Shown in pieces: positions 1 through 9,563 of a stretch of 64,000 nt of DNA. The stretch covers positions 36,417 to 100,416 of the forward strand of contig JBBIPC010000012.1 of the NCBI GenBank assembly GCA_037443035.1. The letters run 5' to 3'. How positions within the stretch are numbered: position 1 is the first letter of the stretch; each line of letters starts with the position of its first letter. The notes beneath the pieces are model-generated. The model was not told where the DNA came from. It worked only from the letters and a program-made list of their open reading frames with translations, and did not search any database. The stretch is from Chthonomonadales bacterium. GTDB taxonomy: Bacteria > Armatimonadota > Chthonomonadetes > Chthonomonadales > CAJBBX01. A program made the position numbers and the translations under genes.

Positions 1-369
1 CACGGTGGCTATCATGGACCGCACGGTCGTCTTCCCTACGCTACCCGTCACAGCCACGCGAGCTGCCTGCAGGCGCCCGATATACGCCCGGGCCAGATCG
101 CCCAGCGCCTTCAAGGTGTCCTGCACAACGAGTTGCGGCAACTTCGTGGCGCCGACGGGATGGTCTACGACGACTGCCGCCGCCCCGTTCTCTTCCGCCT
201 GTCGGACGTAGAGATGTCCGTCCGTGCGTTCTCCCCGTAGCGCAAAGAAGACGCGTCTTCGGCACTCGCTCCTCGTATCCGTGCACACCCCTTCAACCAA
301 GGGGTTCTCGCTCGGCACGACGGCCACACTTAGAGCGGCCGCTATATCGCGCAAGGTCATCGGTTCCAT
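1..369 (-). CDS. murF: UDP-N-acetylmuramoyl-tripeptide--D-Ala-D-Ala ligase, N-terminal part (runs off the window edge)
   Basis: Manual translation from ATG 369: MEPMTLRDIA...VCTDTR...FFALRGERTDGH...AVTGSVGKTTVRSMIA. Mur ligase N-terminal motifs and P-loop. Not in the ORF track. Confidence 0.9.
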   Translation of the reverse strand, partial: MEPMTLRDIAAALSVAVVPSENPLVEGVCTDTRSECRRRVFFALRGERTDGHLYVRQAEENGAAAVVVDHPVGATKLPQLVVQDTLKALGDLARAYIGRLQAARVAVTGSVGKTTVRSMIATV

Positions 370-447
370 GGGCGGCCTTCGAGTGCTACCATGAGAAAGG
401 CACCAGCAGGCAAGTCCTCGGTGCCAGCGAGTTTCCTCGGAGGAAGT

Positions 448-1458
448 ATGTTGCCAAAGCTACGCGTAGCAGTGCTCATGGGTGGGATTTCCGGCGAGCG
501 GCAGATCTCTATCTCGACGGGTCGTCAGATTCTGGCCGCCCTCGATCCCGATAAGTATATCACGGTGGCAGCGGACCCGGCATCTCTCCAGGTCAGTGGT
601 CGCAGCCTTCTGCCTCAGGACGACGATGCCATTCCACCTCTTCACATCGAGGACTGGATATCCGGCGCCAATCGGCCGGACGTAGTCTTCATTGCTCTTC
701 ATGGTCGCGGAGGAGAGGATGGAGCGATCCAGGGGCTTCTCGAGCTCCTGGGAATCCCCTACACCGGCTCGGGAGTTCTCGCCAGCGCCATGGCGATGGA
801 CAAGGTCATGACGAAGCGTGTACTGCGCAGCGACGGCATACCTGTACCAGAGGATCTGGTCATTGGCCCCGGGCAGCAGCACCCCGTACAACTGACGCAA
901 CGTGTAGGTGACACGCTGGGGTACCCGGTAATCGTCAAACCAAGTCGCGAAGGAAGTACCATCGGCTGCTCCATTGTCCGTGCTCCCGACGAGCTTGCGC
1001 CTGCTGTGGACGAAGCTTTGCGATACGACAGCGACGTAATCATCGAGACCTACCTGCGCGGCGTGGAGATCACCGCCGGCCTCATCGGCAACAGGAATCC
1101 CGAAGTGCTTCCGCTCATCGAGATCGTGCCAAAGGGTGGCTTCTATGACTTCGAGGCCAAGTACGCCCCAGGTGGCAGCCAACACATCATCCCTGCGCGG
1201 ATCTCCGGCCAAGCCGCGGAGTTAGCTCGCGATTACGCCAGACGGACGCATTGCCTCTTGGGTTGCCATGGCATGTCTCGCGTAGACATGATCGTCGTCG
1301 GCGATCAGCCCTATGTGCTGGAGACGAATACCATCCCTGGCATGACACCCACGAGCCTCCTGCCAGATGCAGCACGTGCCGCGGGTATCACGTTTCCCGA
1401 GCTCCTCGACAGGATCATTCAACTGGCCATCGAGAACTGCGTGTCGGATGCAGGCTAG
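448..1458 (+). CDS. ddl: D-alanine--D-alanine ligase
   Basis: VAVLMGGISGER, ALHGRGGEDG, YTGSG, GSTIG, YDFEAKY and ETNTIPGMT motifs; GGAGGA SD before ATG 448. Confidence 0.95.
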   Translation: MLPKLRVAVLMGGISGERQISISTGRQILAALDPDKYITVAADPASLQVSGRSLLPQDDDAIPPLHIEDWISGANRPDVVFIALHGRGGEDGAIQGLLELLGIPYTGSGVLASAMAMDKVMTKRVLRSDGIPVPEDLVIGPGQQHPVQLTQRVGDTLGYPVIVKPSREGSTIGCSIVRAPDELAPAVDEALRYDSDVIIETYLRGVEITAGLIGNRNPEVLPLIEIVPKGGFYDFEAKYAPGGSQHIIPARISGQAAELARDYARRTHCLLGCHGMSRVDMIVVGDQPYVLETNTIPGMTPTSLLPDAARAAGITFPELLDRIIQLAIENCVSDAG

Positions 1459-4412
1459 GGCGCGACGCGCCACAGTGCTATCCAGTCCACCGTGAGTCGC
1501 CCATGGCCGGACCACTGTACGCGCGTCTCGACTGGGCCGCCAGGATGAGTGAACACGAGCGGGATGACCCTATAGCCGTTACCAGCAAGCTCCTCCTCGC
1601 GCACCTCGCGGCTCGAAGTGATGGGGTGCCCCCCTCCCACGCACGTATCCACTAGACCGAGAACCCCGGCACCTTCCCCTTTCAGACGGTATAACGCGAC
1701 GTACTTGCCTGCGGGGAGAGACGCGTAGGGCCCGAAAACGATGTAACCAGCTTTCGCGCACGTGGCATCGGCCTTCCAGGCCACGGAACCCGCGGCCCCT
1801 GTGTCTGCCAACGCAGCTCCTGACCCATGGGGAAGAGTCTCGGCCTCATAGCGCCGGACAAAGCGCAACACGCCGTCGGGGAGCACGGCGTCGCCGAGTT
1901 CCACCCCCGGAACGCGGCGGATGGGCAAGGCGTATCGTCTTTCTCCGAAGGGTGCCTGCACGAGAAACGCGACCTCGTCGGCGTCGGGACTGCCGGTGAG
2001 AGTCACTTCCGCGGACTCGGATGGTTCCAGCAAGACCGTGGAAGGTGTCAGGCTCGCGTCCTGCATCCCGCTTAGCGGCTTGAGTTGGACGCTCATCGGT
2101 TGGCGAGTGACGTTCTGGAGCATCAGGCCCACACTCACGGGACGTCCCTCGATGGCCATCGTCTGTGTCGGCATGCGCACGAGCAACTGCCGCCAACCAA
2201 GGTCCTGCCGATACAAGGCTGCCAGGTGGTCGGGACGAACTGCCACGTACCCAGGACCCAACCGTTTCATTACCTCCGGGTACACGCTCATGTCGGCACC
2301 CCAGTTCCAGATGAACGCATGCATGAAGGCAGGGCGCTCTGAGGGCGTCATGGAGCGGATTTCCTCCACCATCTGCTTGATCTTCTGCTCTCGTGTGGCA
2401 TTCTCCGTCCAACCTGACACCGCATGAAAGACCGGGACGTTCCTAGCTGAAGGATACGTCGCCTCGCCATAGTCCGAAACGCGCTTGCCGTAGTCCGGGA
2501 ACAGCGCCTCCAGCGGGCCGATGCGTTCTGCATAGCGTCGGATCTTCTCTGGCTGAGTTGCGTTCATGATCCAGAGGCTGCGCAAGCCCGCTCGGTTCAT
2601 GTACGTCTCTGTCTGGGTAAGGAAACCGTCGAACACCGCCTGTCGCTGCTCGGCTTTGTATCGTAGGCCATACGAGTCCGGGTACGTGTAACCTACGCCG
2701 GACACGGCCCCCAGAAAGGCGTCGTTCGGAGTCGCCGTACTGTAGTAATACTGGACGACCGCCGGAATGAGCAGACTCGCCGAAGGGGATAGGGTCCAGC
2801 CCATCGGCACCTTCCCTCGGTTTGGATCGGTCCATAGTTGTGGGAAGTTGCTGATCGTCAGCACCGGCAGATTGTCGCCGTCTGACATGATGAACGACAG
2901 GTAGACCTTGTTCTTGTCGAGGCGCGGCACCGGCGCCGATCGCGGCTTCATGAGCGACACCTTGAATCCCGAATGGACGCTCAGGTTCGTGCAGTTGATG
3001 GACCCAACCAGGTACTTACCAAACTCGGCAAAGAGCGTCACGCCAGGGCCCTCGCCTATGCCAACATCCTTGGCGGCCCACGGGTAGCTCATGATCGGGC
3101 TGTTGGGCGGCATGCGGGCAAGCAATTCCTCAGCTACCCTTGCCTCTGCAGTCGGATTCGCATACGGCGCCGCGCCGTCAATGGGACCGGAGATCCAGAA
3201 GATGAACGCCCGATGCTGAGTGAGGTAGTCGCGAAGACCAAGGTGTTCCGGGTACGAGCACGCCGCCAGATGATGGTTCAGTTTCGGCCACAAGTGCTCC
3301 AGCGCCCACTTGTAGGCATCAGCGCTGGTCTGCCACCGTCCGCGCAGGTCCGCCTTGATGGCCAGGCCCGCCCACTCCTTGGCGAACGTCCGGAGCATCC
3401 TGGGTGACACGACAAGGCAGTCCTCCACAGACGCCACCATGTTCGCTATGTTCTTCGTAGCCGGGAGCGCAGGGTCTGTGACAACCAGCCCCCGATACCT
3501 GCTCCGAAACATGGGCAGTAGCGCGGTCCACCTAGCCACGCTCCGTGTGGACTTGATGTAGCCGTTGCGACGTATCCAGTTGAGCCACATGGTATCCGTC
3601 GAGTTGTACAGGCAGTACAGAGCCGGTCGCTTCCGATTGGCCAACCCTTGCAGGACGAACACACAGAGCTGCACGTCCGGCGTCTCCCGTGTGATGTCGC
3701 AGACGAGCAACGGATCGGTGGGCGGATTCGAGACGGGGAAGATGTCCGGATACGGGCGTCTCTCCGCGGGAGGATCTAGATCCGCAGGTCTGCCACTCGG
3801 GACAGCCTCCGGCGCCCTTCGCACGCCGGACCCCACGGAACCGCCCACGAGCCGGTAGAGTTCCACAGTGTCTACCAGCAGCGGCGTGTAGCCCGACCAG
3901 TGCACGCGAATCTCCAGCTTGCCACCCGGGCAGCGGAAGGCCAGAGGAACACGCCGGTACTTCCCCACACGGAGCTCGTACCCCGGCAGCTCCATTGCCG
4001 TGCAGACGGTCTGACCGTAGTCTACAACCGCGTCGAGGTCGGCGACACGTTCTGCACCCACATCTTCCGTTACCTTCATGCGGACGAACGCCACGTAATC
4101 GCCAGAAGGAACCTCCAAGTAAGGACCATACACCAGGGCTTTGCCCACGACTGCTCTGCCTGGCCGAGCCTCCCAAGCGCGCTGACCGGCAGCATCCAAG
4201 TCGGTCACCGCACGGCCGGTCGTGTGTTGAGCCCCAGTTACGACGCTCCACCGACGGACCAGCTCGTACGTTCCAGCAGGCAGCGCCGTCGGTTCGCGCA
4301 CTTCCTGCAGCACCGTCGCCGGAAGGCCGACGGTACGGTCTCCTTGAAGAGCGAAAGGTGTAGCTCCGTATGCAAGGGCCAGATATACAAGAAGCGCTCG
4401 TAGCACGGTCAT
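1455..4412 (-). CDS. Secreted GxGYxYP-family putative glycoside hydrolase with related N- and C-terminal beta-sandwich-like domains
   Basis: Signal peptide; LQGLANR, SFIMSDGDN, PMGWT and SGVGYTYP motifs; repeated (Y/F)GPY..(V/L)P.G.YVA..R.K domain at both ends. Confidence 0.8.
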   Translation of the reverse strand: MTVLRALLVYLALAYGATPFALQGDRTVGLPATVLQEVREPTALPAGTYELVRRWSVVTGAQHTTGRAVTDLDAAGQRAWEARPGRAVVGKALVYGPYLEVPSGDYVAFVRMKVTEDVGAERVADLDAVVDYGQTVCTAMELPGYELRVGKYRRVPLAFRCPGGKLEIRVHWSGYTPLLVDTVELYRLVGGSVGSGVRRAPEAVPSGRPADLDPPAERRPYPDIFPVSNPPTDPLLVCDITRETPDVQLCVFVLQGLANRKRPALYCLYNSTDTMWLNWIRRNGYIKSTRSVARWTALLPMFRSRYRGLVVTDPALPATKNIANMVASVEDCLVVSPRMLRTFAKEWAGLAIKADLRGRWQTSADAYKWALEHLWPKLNHHLAACSYPEHLGLRDYLTQHRAFIFWISGPIDGAAPYANPTAEARVAEELLARMPPNSPIMSYPWAAKDVGIGEGPGVTLFAEFGKYLVGSINCTNLSVHSGFKVSLMKPRSAPVPRLDKNKVYLSFIMSDGDNLPVLTISNFPQLWTDPNRGKVPMGWTLSPSASLLIPAVVQYYYSTATPNDAFLGAVSGVGYTYPDSYGLRYKAEQRQAVFDGFLTQTETYMNRAGLRSLWIMNATQPEKIRRYAERIGPLEALFPDYGKRVSDYGEATYPSARNVPVFHAVSGWTENATREQKIKQMVEEIRSMTPSERPAFMHAFIWNWGADMSVYPEVMKRLGPGYVAVRPDHLAALYRQDLGWRQLLVRMPTQTMAIEGRPVSVGLMLQNVTRQPMSVQLKPLSGMQDASLTPSTVLLEPSESAEVTLTGSPDADEVAFLVQAPFGERRYALPIRRVPGVELGDAVLPDGVLRFVRRYEAETLPHGSGAALADTGAAGSVAWKADATCAKAGYIVFGPYASLPAGKYVALYRLKGEGAGVLGLVDTCVGGGHPITSSREVREEELAGNGYRVIPLVFTHPGGPVETRVQWSGHGRLTVDWIALWRVAP

Positions 4413-4622
4413 AGACCTCCTAGTGCTGCTGGACTACCTGAAACGAAAGACGCCGAAAGCCGTCTAATCAAAGCGAAAGGAGTGGTGTTCATTATGTACC
4501 GCCGCGAGGAATCCAGTGTCTTCTACCGTGCTGTAGCGCGCAGCGTATGGGAGCGCTATCGGCCCCGCGCGCTCGAGCTGCCGGTGGGGCTATCGCTGCT
4601 TCGCGATCCGGAGGTTGGTGTC

Positions 4623-4880
4623 ATGGCGAAGGCGAAAGCGGTCATCAGGGGTCTAGCCATGGTCGCCTTGCTCTTCGGACTGCAAGGGGTCCTCGCGCAC
4701 GTCTTCGGCGTCCGCGCTCCGCATACGTCCACGCCACTTACCATGACGGTGGCAGTCGCGACGCTCGTCATCGTTGTACCTCTTGCGCTACTTCGCATCG
4801 CTGAGCCGGAGCACGTTGTTCGAGCGCGGTTGCGCAGAATGGCCGTGATCCCCCTGCGACGGAGAGACGAAGGCAGCTAG
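4623..4880 (+). CDS. Small two-TM hypothetical membrane protein (alternative upstream starts at 4482 and 4494)
   Basis: GGAGGT SD before ATG 4623; two hydrophobic segments. Confidence 0.5.
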   Translation: MAKAKAVIRGLAMVALLFGLQGVLAHVFGVRAPHTSTPLTMTVAVATLVIVVPLALLRIAEPEHVVRARLRRMAVIPLRRRDEGS

Positions 4881-4992
4881 AGGTACTCCGGCGCAACGAC
4901 ACGGACCTGAGACATAGCCGGCGCCTTCGATCCATCGGGGCGCCGGCTGTGTTTCCTGGTGACCTTCGTTCGCCTCGAGCCGCTCCTACGCT

Positions 4993-5568
4993 TCAGGCAG
5001 GACGCCCCTTGCTGCGCTGCGGTCGCGCTTTGCTTGGCGGTGCTCCCTTCGGGGCCGGTGTTCGCAGTCTCTCTTTCTGTTCCGGTGTCAGCAATGCCTC
5101 GATGCGCGTCCGGACGCTCCGCCGGATCTCTGCGAGCTTGGCCAGTCGCTCGTGAGGCTTCAGGTTCGGGTCGGTCATCAGCATCACCCGGTCTCGAACC
5201 GCTGATGCCAGGATCTCCGCCAGTTCCTTCCGCTGCGCCTCGGAAAGTCCGAGTCTGGCGAGCGGAACGCGCGGCCACATGCCCGGTGCCGGAACCGGCA
5301 TGCGACGAAGCCACGGGCGTGGCATACGCGGAGCGTACCATACAGACGGGCCACGGCCAGCCTGGGGACCAAACCAGAACGCACCTCCCCAGCCGTACAA
5401 TCGTCCTTGACCGAGCACGCCTCGCTGCCGCAAGTTCTGCAGCACACGATTCGCTACTGCTCCGGGATCGGGGACCCGCGCCGAGGGTGCAGGCTGACCC
5501 AGTGCGCTCGTTGGCATCATGACTAGGAGCGCAGCCCCAGCCGGTATCCATCCAACTCGTGGGTTCAC
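4993..5568 (-). CDS. Exported Spy/CpxP-like (LTxxQ motif) protein
   Basis: GGAGGTG SD; signal peptide; Gly/Pro-rich linker; LGLSEAQ and LLTPEQKERL motifs. Confidence 0.65.
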   Translation of the reverse strand: MNPRVGWIPAGAALLVMMPTSALGQPAPSARVPDPGAVANRVLQNLRQRGVLGQGRLYGWGGAFWFGPQAGRGPSVWYAPRMPRPWLRRMPVPAPGMWPRVPLARLGLSEAQRKELAEILASAVRDRVMLMTDPNLKPHERLAKLAEIRRSVRTRIEALLTPEQKERLRTPAPKGAPPSKARPQRSKGRPA

Positions 5569-5619
5569 TTGTCACCTCCGTGCATCGTACTTGTGCGGCG
5601 CATTGTCCATCGCCACTAG

Positions 5620-5649
5620 ATACGACGCAGCGAGCCGTCGAACGTTCAC
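5620..5649 (-). promoter_or_regulatory. Candidate ECF-sigma promoter for the Spy/CpxP-like gene
   Basis: Minus strand GTGAAC-N16-CGTCGTAT, similar to SigW-type AAC-N16-CGT promoters. Confidence 0.45.
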
Positions 5650-5686
5650 GGTAAGGCGGCCCGAGGAGCTACCTCGACAGGCGGTG

Positions 5687-6712
5687 TCAGGTCTCTGCGA
5701 ACCGGTCCGCTGTAGGCGATGTGAGGGTGGCAGGGAACCGCTCGGAACTGCGGATCTTCTCCTCGATCTCGTCCAAGACCTCGGGATTCGACTCGAGGAA
5801 CGCCCGTGCGTTTTCCCTGCCCTGGCCGAGGCGGGTCTCGCCGTAGCTGAAGTGTGAACCACTACGCGTGACGATATCCATCTCGACTGCCAAGTCCAGA
5901 ACCCCACCAGCGCGGGAGATGCCCTTGCCGAAGATGATGTCGAACTCGGCTACACGGAATGGTGGAGCCACCTTGTTCTTCACAACCTTGACGCGGGTCC
6001 TGGCTCCGACAGCCTCCGTGCCAGACTTGACTGTCTCCACACGGCGTACATCGAGACGCACACTGGCCCAGAACTTCAGAGCGCGCCCACCGGGCGTCGT
6101 TTCGGGATTGCCGAACATGACACCGATCTTCTCGCGGATCTGGTTGATGAAGATGGCGCAGCAACTCGCCCTGCTGAGGTTCCCGGCTATCTTGCGCAAT
6201 GCCTGAGACATGAGGCGCGCCTGCAGTCCGACGTGGGAGTCGCCCATCTCTCCCTCGATCTCCGCTTTCGGGACTAGAGCGGCCACGGAGTCCAACACCA
6301 CAACGTCCACGGCGCTCGAGCGTACGAGCGAGTCCATGATCTCCAGGGCTTCTTCGCCAGTGCCGGGTTGAGAGACGAGCAGCTCGTTGATGTTGACGCC
6401 TATGGCTGCAGCGTAGTCAGGGTCAAGGGCATGTTCCGCGTCCACGAACGCGCACGTGCCCCCTTGGCGCTGGGCCTGCGCCACCACCGAGAGAGCGAGG
6501 GTTGTCTTGCCAGACGATTCCGTGCCGAATATCTCCACGATCCGACCTCGCGGCACCCCTCCGACACCGAGCGCCATATCGAGCGCGATACTGCCCGTCG
6601 GTATCGCCTCCACCGCAAGCTTCGTGGTGTCGCCCAGGCGCATGATGGCACCTTTGCCGAACTGCTTCTCGATGGTCGTCAGCGCCATCTCGAGCGCGCG
6701 CTGCTTGTCCAT
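5687..6712 (-). CDS. recA: Recombinase A
   Basis: [21 protein letters not shown]-loop, [22 protein letters not shown] and KNKVAPPF motifs; SD AGGAGG. Confidence 0.99.
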   Translation of the reverse strand: MDKQRALEMALTTIEKQFGKGAIMRLGDTTKLAVEAIPTGSIALDMALGVGGVPRGRIVEIFGTESSGKTTLALSVVAQAQRQGGTCAFVDAEHALDPDYAAAIGVNINELLVSQPGTGEEALEIMDSLVRSSAVDVVVLDSVAALVPKAEIEGEMGDSHVGLQARLMSQALRKIAGNLSRASCCAIFINQIREKIGVMFGNPETTPGGRALKFWASVRLDVRRVETVKSGTEAVGARTRVKVVKNKVAPPFRVAEFDIIFGKGISRAGGVLDLAVEMDIVTRSGSHFSYGETRLGQGRENARAFLESNPEVLDEIEEKIRSSERFPATLTSPTADRFAET

Positions 6713-6857
6713 GTTCGTGACCCCTCCTCCTGCCGTGCCCGACGAGATCCTCTGCACCTCTTACTATGATAGCCCAGCCCGCGCCGGTTTGCTGCAGCCC
6801 GTCGCTCGAGCGACAGCAGATTCTAGGCACGACAAGTTAGCGTAACTACCATCGCTC

Positions 6858-7540
6858 TTGTCGCCGCAGGGTACACGATACGCTAGTGTGCTTGGGCATC
6901 GTCGCCATCCTCCCAGCCCTTTCTCCCTACGATCCATGGTGTTGGCTGCTCTGCTAGCCCCAGGAGTTGCCTGGTTCAATATCTTGGTCGTTGCTATTCG
7001 ATATGCGGGCCAGCCCAACACAGTCTCTGTCTTTCCACACATCCTCTTCCTGCTACTGCTTCTGATTGTCGGTGGGAACTTGGCCGGCGGTCTACGTCCT
7101 GCTTGGCGTCTGGCTCCAAGAGAAAGACTCGCCACCTACTTCCTGAAGCTCATGGTGGCAGTGATGTCGTCCCATGACCTGATCGAAGTGCTCGTACCGA
7201 TTCTCAGCTACCCCCATCGCTATGCGACACCAGCAAGCAAATGGACCGTGCAGATCACACCGCACTTGCCGAATTGGCTCGTGGTGAGCAACCCACAAGC
7301 CGTGGAACGCTGCTGGATCGGCGGCTCGGACTTCTGGCGGTCGGGTGATTGGCGTTGATGGCTGCGGCCAGCTGTTTGCTGGACTCTCTTCCTTGGCTGC
7401 CTGGTGGTTTGCGAGCCTATCCCTAGTCCCTTCCCCTTTTTCTTGGGATAATGCTGGGCGGATGCTCTGGTGGGACTGATTGGATGCTCGTGAGCGCCAT
7501 CCTGGGCACCAAGACATTCATCGTATGGCCCTATGGCTAG
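6858..7540 (+). pseudogene. Degraded DUF6785/DUF6784-type membrane protein (paralog of 15340-17328)
   Basis: N-terminal region aligns by eye with the paralog. In-frame TGA at 7356-7358 followed by WLRPAVCWTLF. Then a jump to C-terminal PFFLG, a 1-nt frameshift, and IMLG...IVWPYG* ending at 7540. Confidence 0.7.
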
Positions 7541-7552
7541 GGGGTTGCCTCG

Positions 7553-8683
7553 TTACCTTACGGTCTGCTCGAAAGTCGTCTTCAGTTCCTGAACTTGGCC
7601 AGTCTCCGCTGCACGATAGCCAGCTTCGATAATCTCGATGACATGGCGAGCATGTTCCGCAGTCGCAACCGACGGAGTTCCGTAGAGCACCCGGTCCACG
7701 AGCTGCATGACATCTTCGAATACGTGGGCCTCTTCCAGCTCCCGATGCGCGCCGGTTACGTGGGGCAGCAGCGCAGTCTCGCCTATGGGAGACGAGGCGG
7801 CAACGTCGCGTCCCTCATAGGGGATCGGCTCGCCATTCAGCATGTCCCCCTCGATGGACCCCTTCTCGCCGAAGTAGCTCGGCGCGCCGAACCTCGTTAC
7901 CATGCCCGCGAACGTACCGTGGACAAACGCGTAGAGATCGTTCCCGAAGTCGAGCAGGAGGACGGTATTGTCGTCGGCATCGCACAGGTAGGTTGTGCCA
8001 CGAAAGTGCCGTTCTTTGATTGCCGTACCGGAGAAACCTGTAACACGTTTCGCAGGACCCAACACCCCCGTAAGGCTGTGAAGACCGTAGACGGTCATAT
8101 CGTACATCGGACCTCCGCCAGGTTTCTTCCAGTACCAGGCCGGATTCACGTTCGATAGAACATCGTCACCCTGGCGGACGGTCTCGTGCTCGTGATATGC
8201 GCCGAAGGCAGCGCCCGTTGCTGCCCAGGAGATTCGACCGATGGCGCCCTCTTGAATCAGACGCCGTATTGCCCGGTTGGATGGCCGGAGCATCTGTCCG
8301 GGGCTTGCCACAAGCTCGACGCCGCGTCGAGAAGCCTCTTCGATAAGGTGCGTGGCCTCGGCCGTCGTGGTTGTCATCGTCTTGTTGAAGTGCACATGCT
8401 TGCCAGCGCGGATCGCCGCTAGCCCTTGCTCATAGTGTAGGCCAATGGGCGAACACAGCGTCACAGCGTCTACAGCGTCGTCCCCCAACATCTCTTCGAA
8501 CGTCTCGTAGGCGCGTGCCACACCGTAAGCCTCGGCAGCAGCCTTCGCCCTTCCCGGCACTGGATCGCAGACGGCAGCCAGATACACGCGATCCTGGACG
8601 TCGGCCAGACTCAGGTGTCGTAAGGCCCCACGGATGCCGATGCTGCCTGCACCCACGACTCCAACACCCAGGCGTTCTTTCAT
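7553..8683 (-). CDS. Gfo/Idh/MocA family oxidoreductase
   Basis: VGVVGAGSIG, AGKHVHFNK (EKP variant) and GGGPMYDM motifs. Confidence 0.9.
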   Translation of the reverse strand: MKERLGVGVVGAGSIGIRGALRHLSLADVQDRVYLAAVCDPVPGRAKAAAEAYGVARAYETFEEMLGDDAVDAVTLCSPIGLHYEQGLAAIRAGKHVHFNKTMTTTTAEATHLIEEASRRGVELVASPGQMLRPSNRAIRRLIQEGAIGRISWAATGAAFGAYHEHETVRQGDDVLSNVNPAWYWKKPGGGPMYDMTVYGLHSLTGVLGPAKRVTGFSGTAIKERHFRGTTYLCDADDNTVLLLDFGNDLYAFVHGTFAGMVTRFGAPSYFGEKGSIEGDMLNGEPIPYEGRDVAASSPIGETALLPHVTGAHRELEEAHVFEDVMQLVDRVLYGTPSVATAEHARHVIEIIEAGYRAAETGQVQELKTTFEQTVR

Positions 8684-8686
8684 AGC

Positions 8687-9442
8687 CTATGCTCCCATCT
8701 GCGTGATGCGGCCGCCCGTGACAGGTAGGTACGCACCCGTAACGTATTCAGCAAGGTCACTCAGGAAGAACACACAGGCCTTGCCGATCTCCTCCGCACT
8801 ACCGTGACGACGTAGAGGCAGGCTCTTGCCGAAGTTCAGGGACGCCTCCGACTCTGTGTTCACCTTCTCGTCTGCCATCCAACCCGGCGCTACCATGTTG
8901 ACGGTTATGCCGTCCGGCCCGAGCTCGCAGGCCATACTGCGAGAAAGGCCCACCATGGCACCTTTGCCTGCCAGGTAGGGTGCCCAGCCTGCTGGCGCCA
9001 TGTTCCACAGCTCGGTGACGATGTTCACGATGCGACCTCCGCCTTGGGCGCGCATGTAGGGGAGGGCCGCGCGTGTCGTATTCAGCACGGCATGGCAGCC
9101 GAAGTCGAACATGTTGTCGAAGTCGGCGACGGGCGATTCCGCCGCGGTGCCTGGTTGGCTGCCGGCGATGGCATTGTTGACGATTCCATCTATCCTACCG
9201 TAGTCCCCCACGATGGCAGCCACCATGGCCTCCACCTGTGCGGCATCCCGAACGTCGGCACAGTAGGCAGTCACCCGGCCACCTGCCTTGTGCATCTCTT
9301 GCGCAAGTGCCTCCGCCCGCTGCGCGCTGGCTGAGTAGTTGATGGCTACGGTTGCGTCATGCCGGACCAGTACGCGAGTAATACAGGCACCTATACCTCG
9401 CGCACCGCCAGTGACAAGCACGACTTTCCCGTCGAGCAGCAT
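8687..9442 (-). CDS. SDR family oxidoreductase
   Basis: TGGARGIG, VNNA, YLAGK (YxxxK) and VNMVAPG motifs. Confidence 0.9.
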   Translation of the reverse strand: MLLDGKVVLVTGGARGIGACITRVLVRHDATVAINYSASAQRAEALAQEMHKAGGRVTAYCADVRDAAQVEAMVAAIVGDYGRIDGIVNNAIAGSQPGTAAESPVADFDNMFDFGCHAVLNTTRAALPYMRAQGGGRIVNIVTELWNMAPAGWAPYLAGKGAMVGLSRSMACELGPDGITVNMVAPGWMADEKVNTESEASLNFGKSLPLRRHGSAEEIGKACVFFLSDLAEYVTGAYLPVTGGRITQMGA

Positions 9443-9563
9443 CGTTCAATCTCCTTCTCCACCACAAGCCCACCGCTGATCCGACACAGCGATACTTGCG
9501 GTCGTTGTGAACCACGTATTCCGTTGGAGACGCGGCGATTCCTGTCTGTCTGTCGCGGTGCGG

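Noticed and set aside
6713..6860. LexA/SOS box upstream of recA
   Set aside because: No match to GAAC-N4-GTTC or CTGT-N8-ACAG seen.
7356..7358. In-frame TGA as possible selenocysteine or readthrough
   Set aside because: Accompanied by a large deletion and a frameshift, and not at a Cys-equivalent position; pseudogenisation is simpler.
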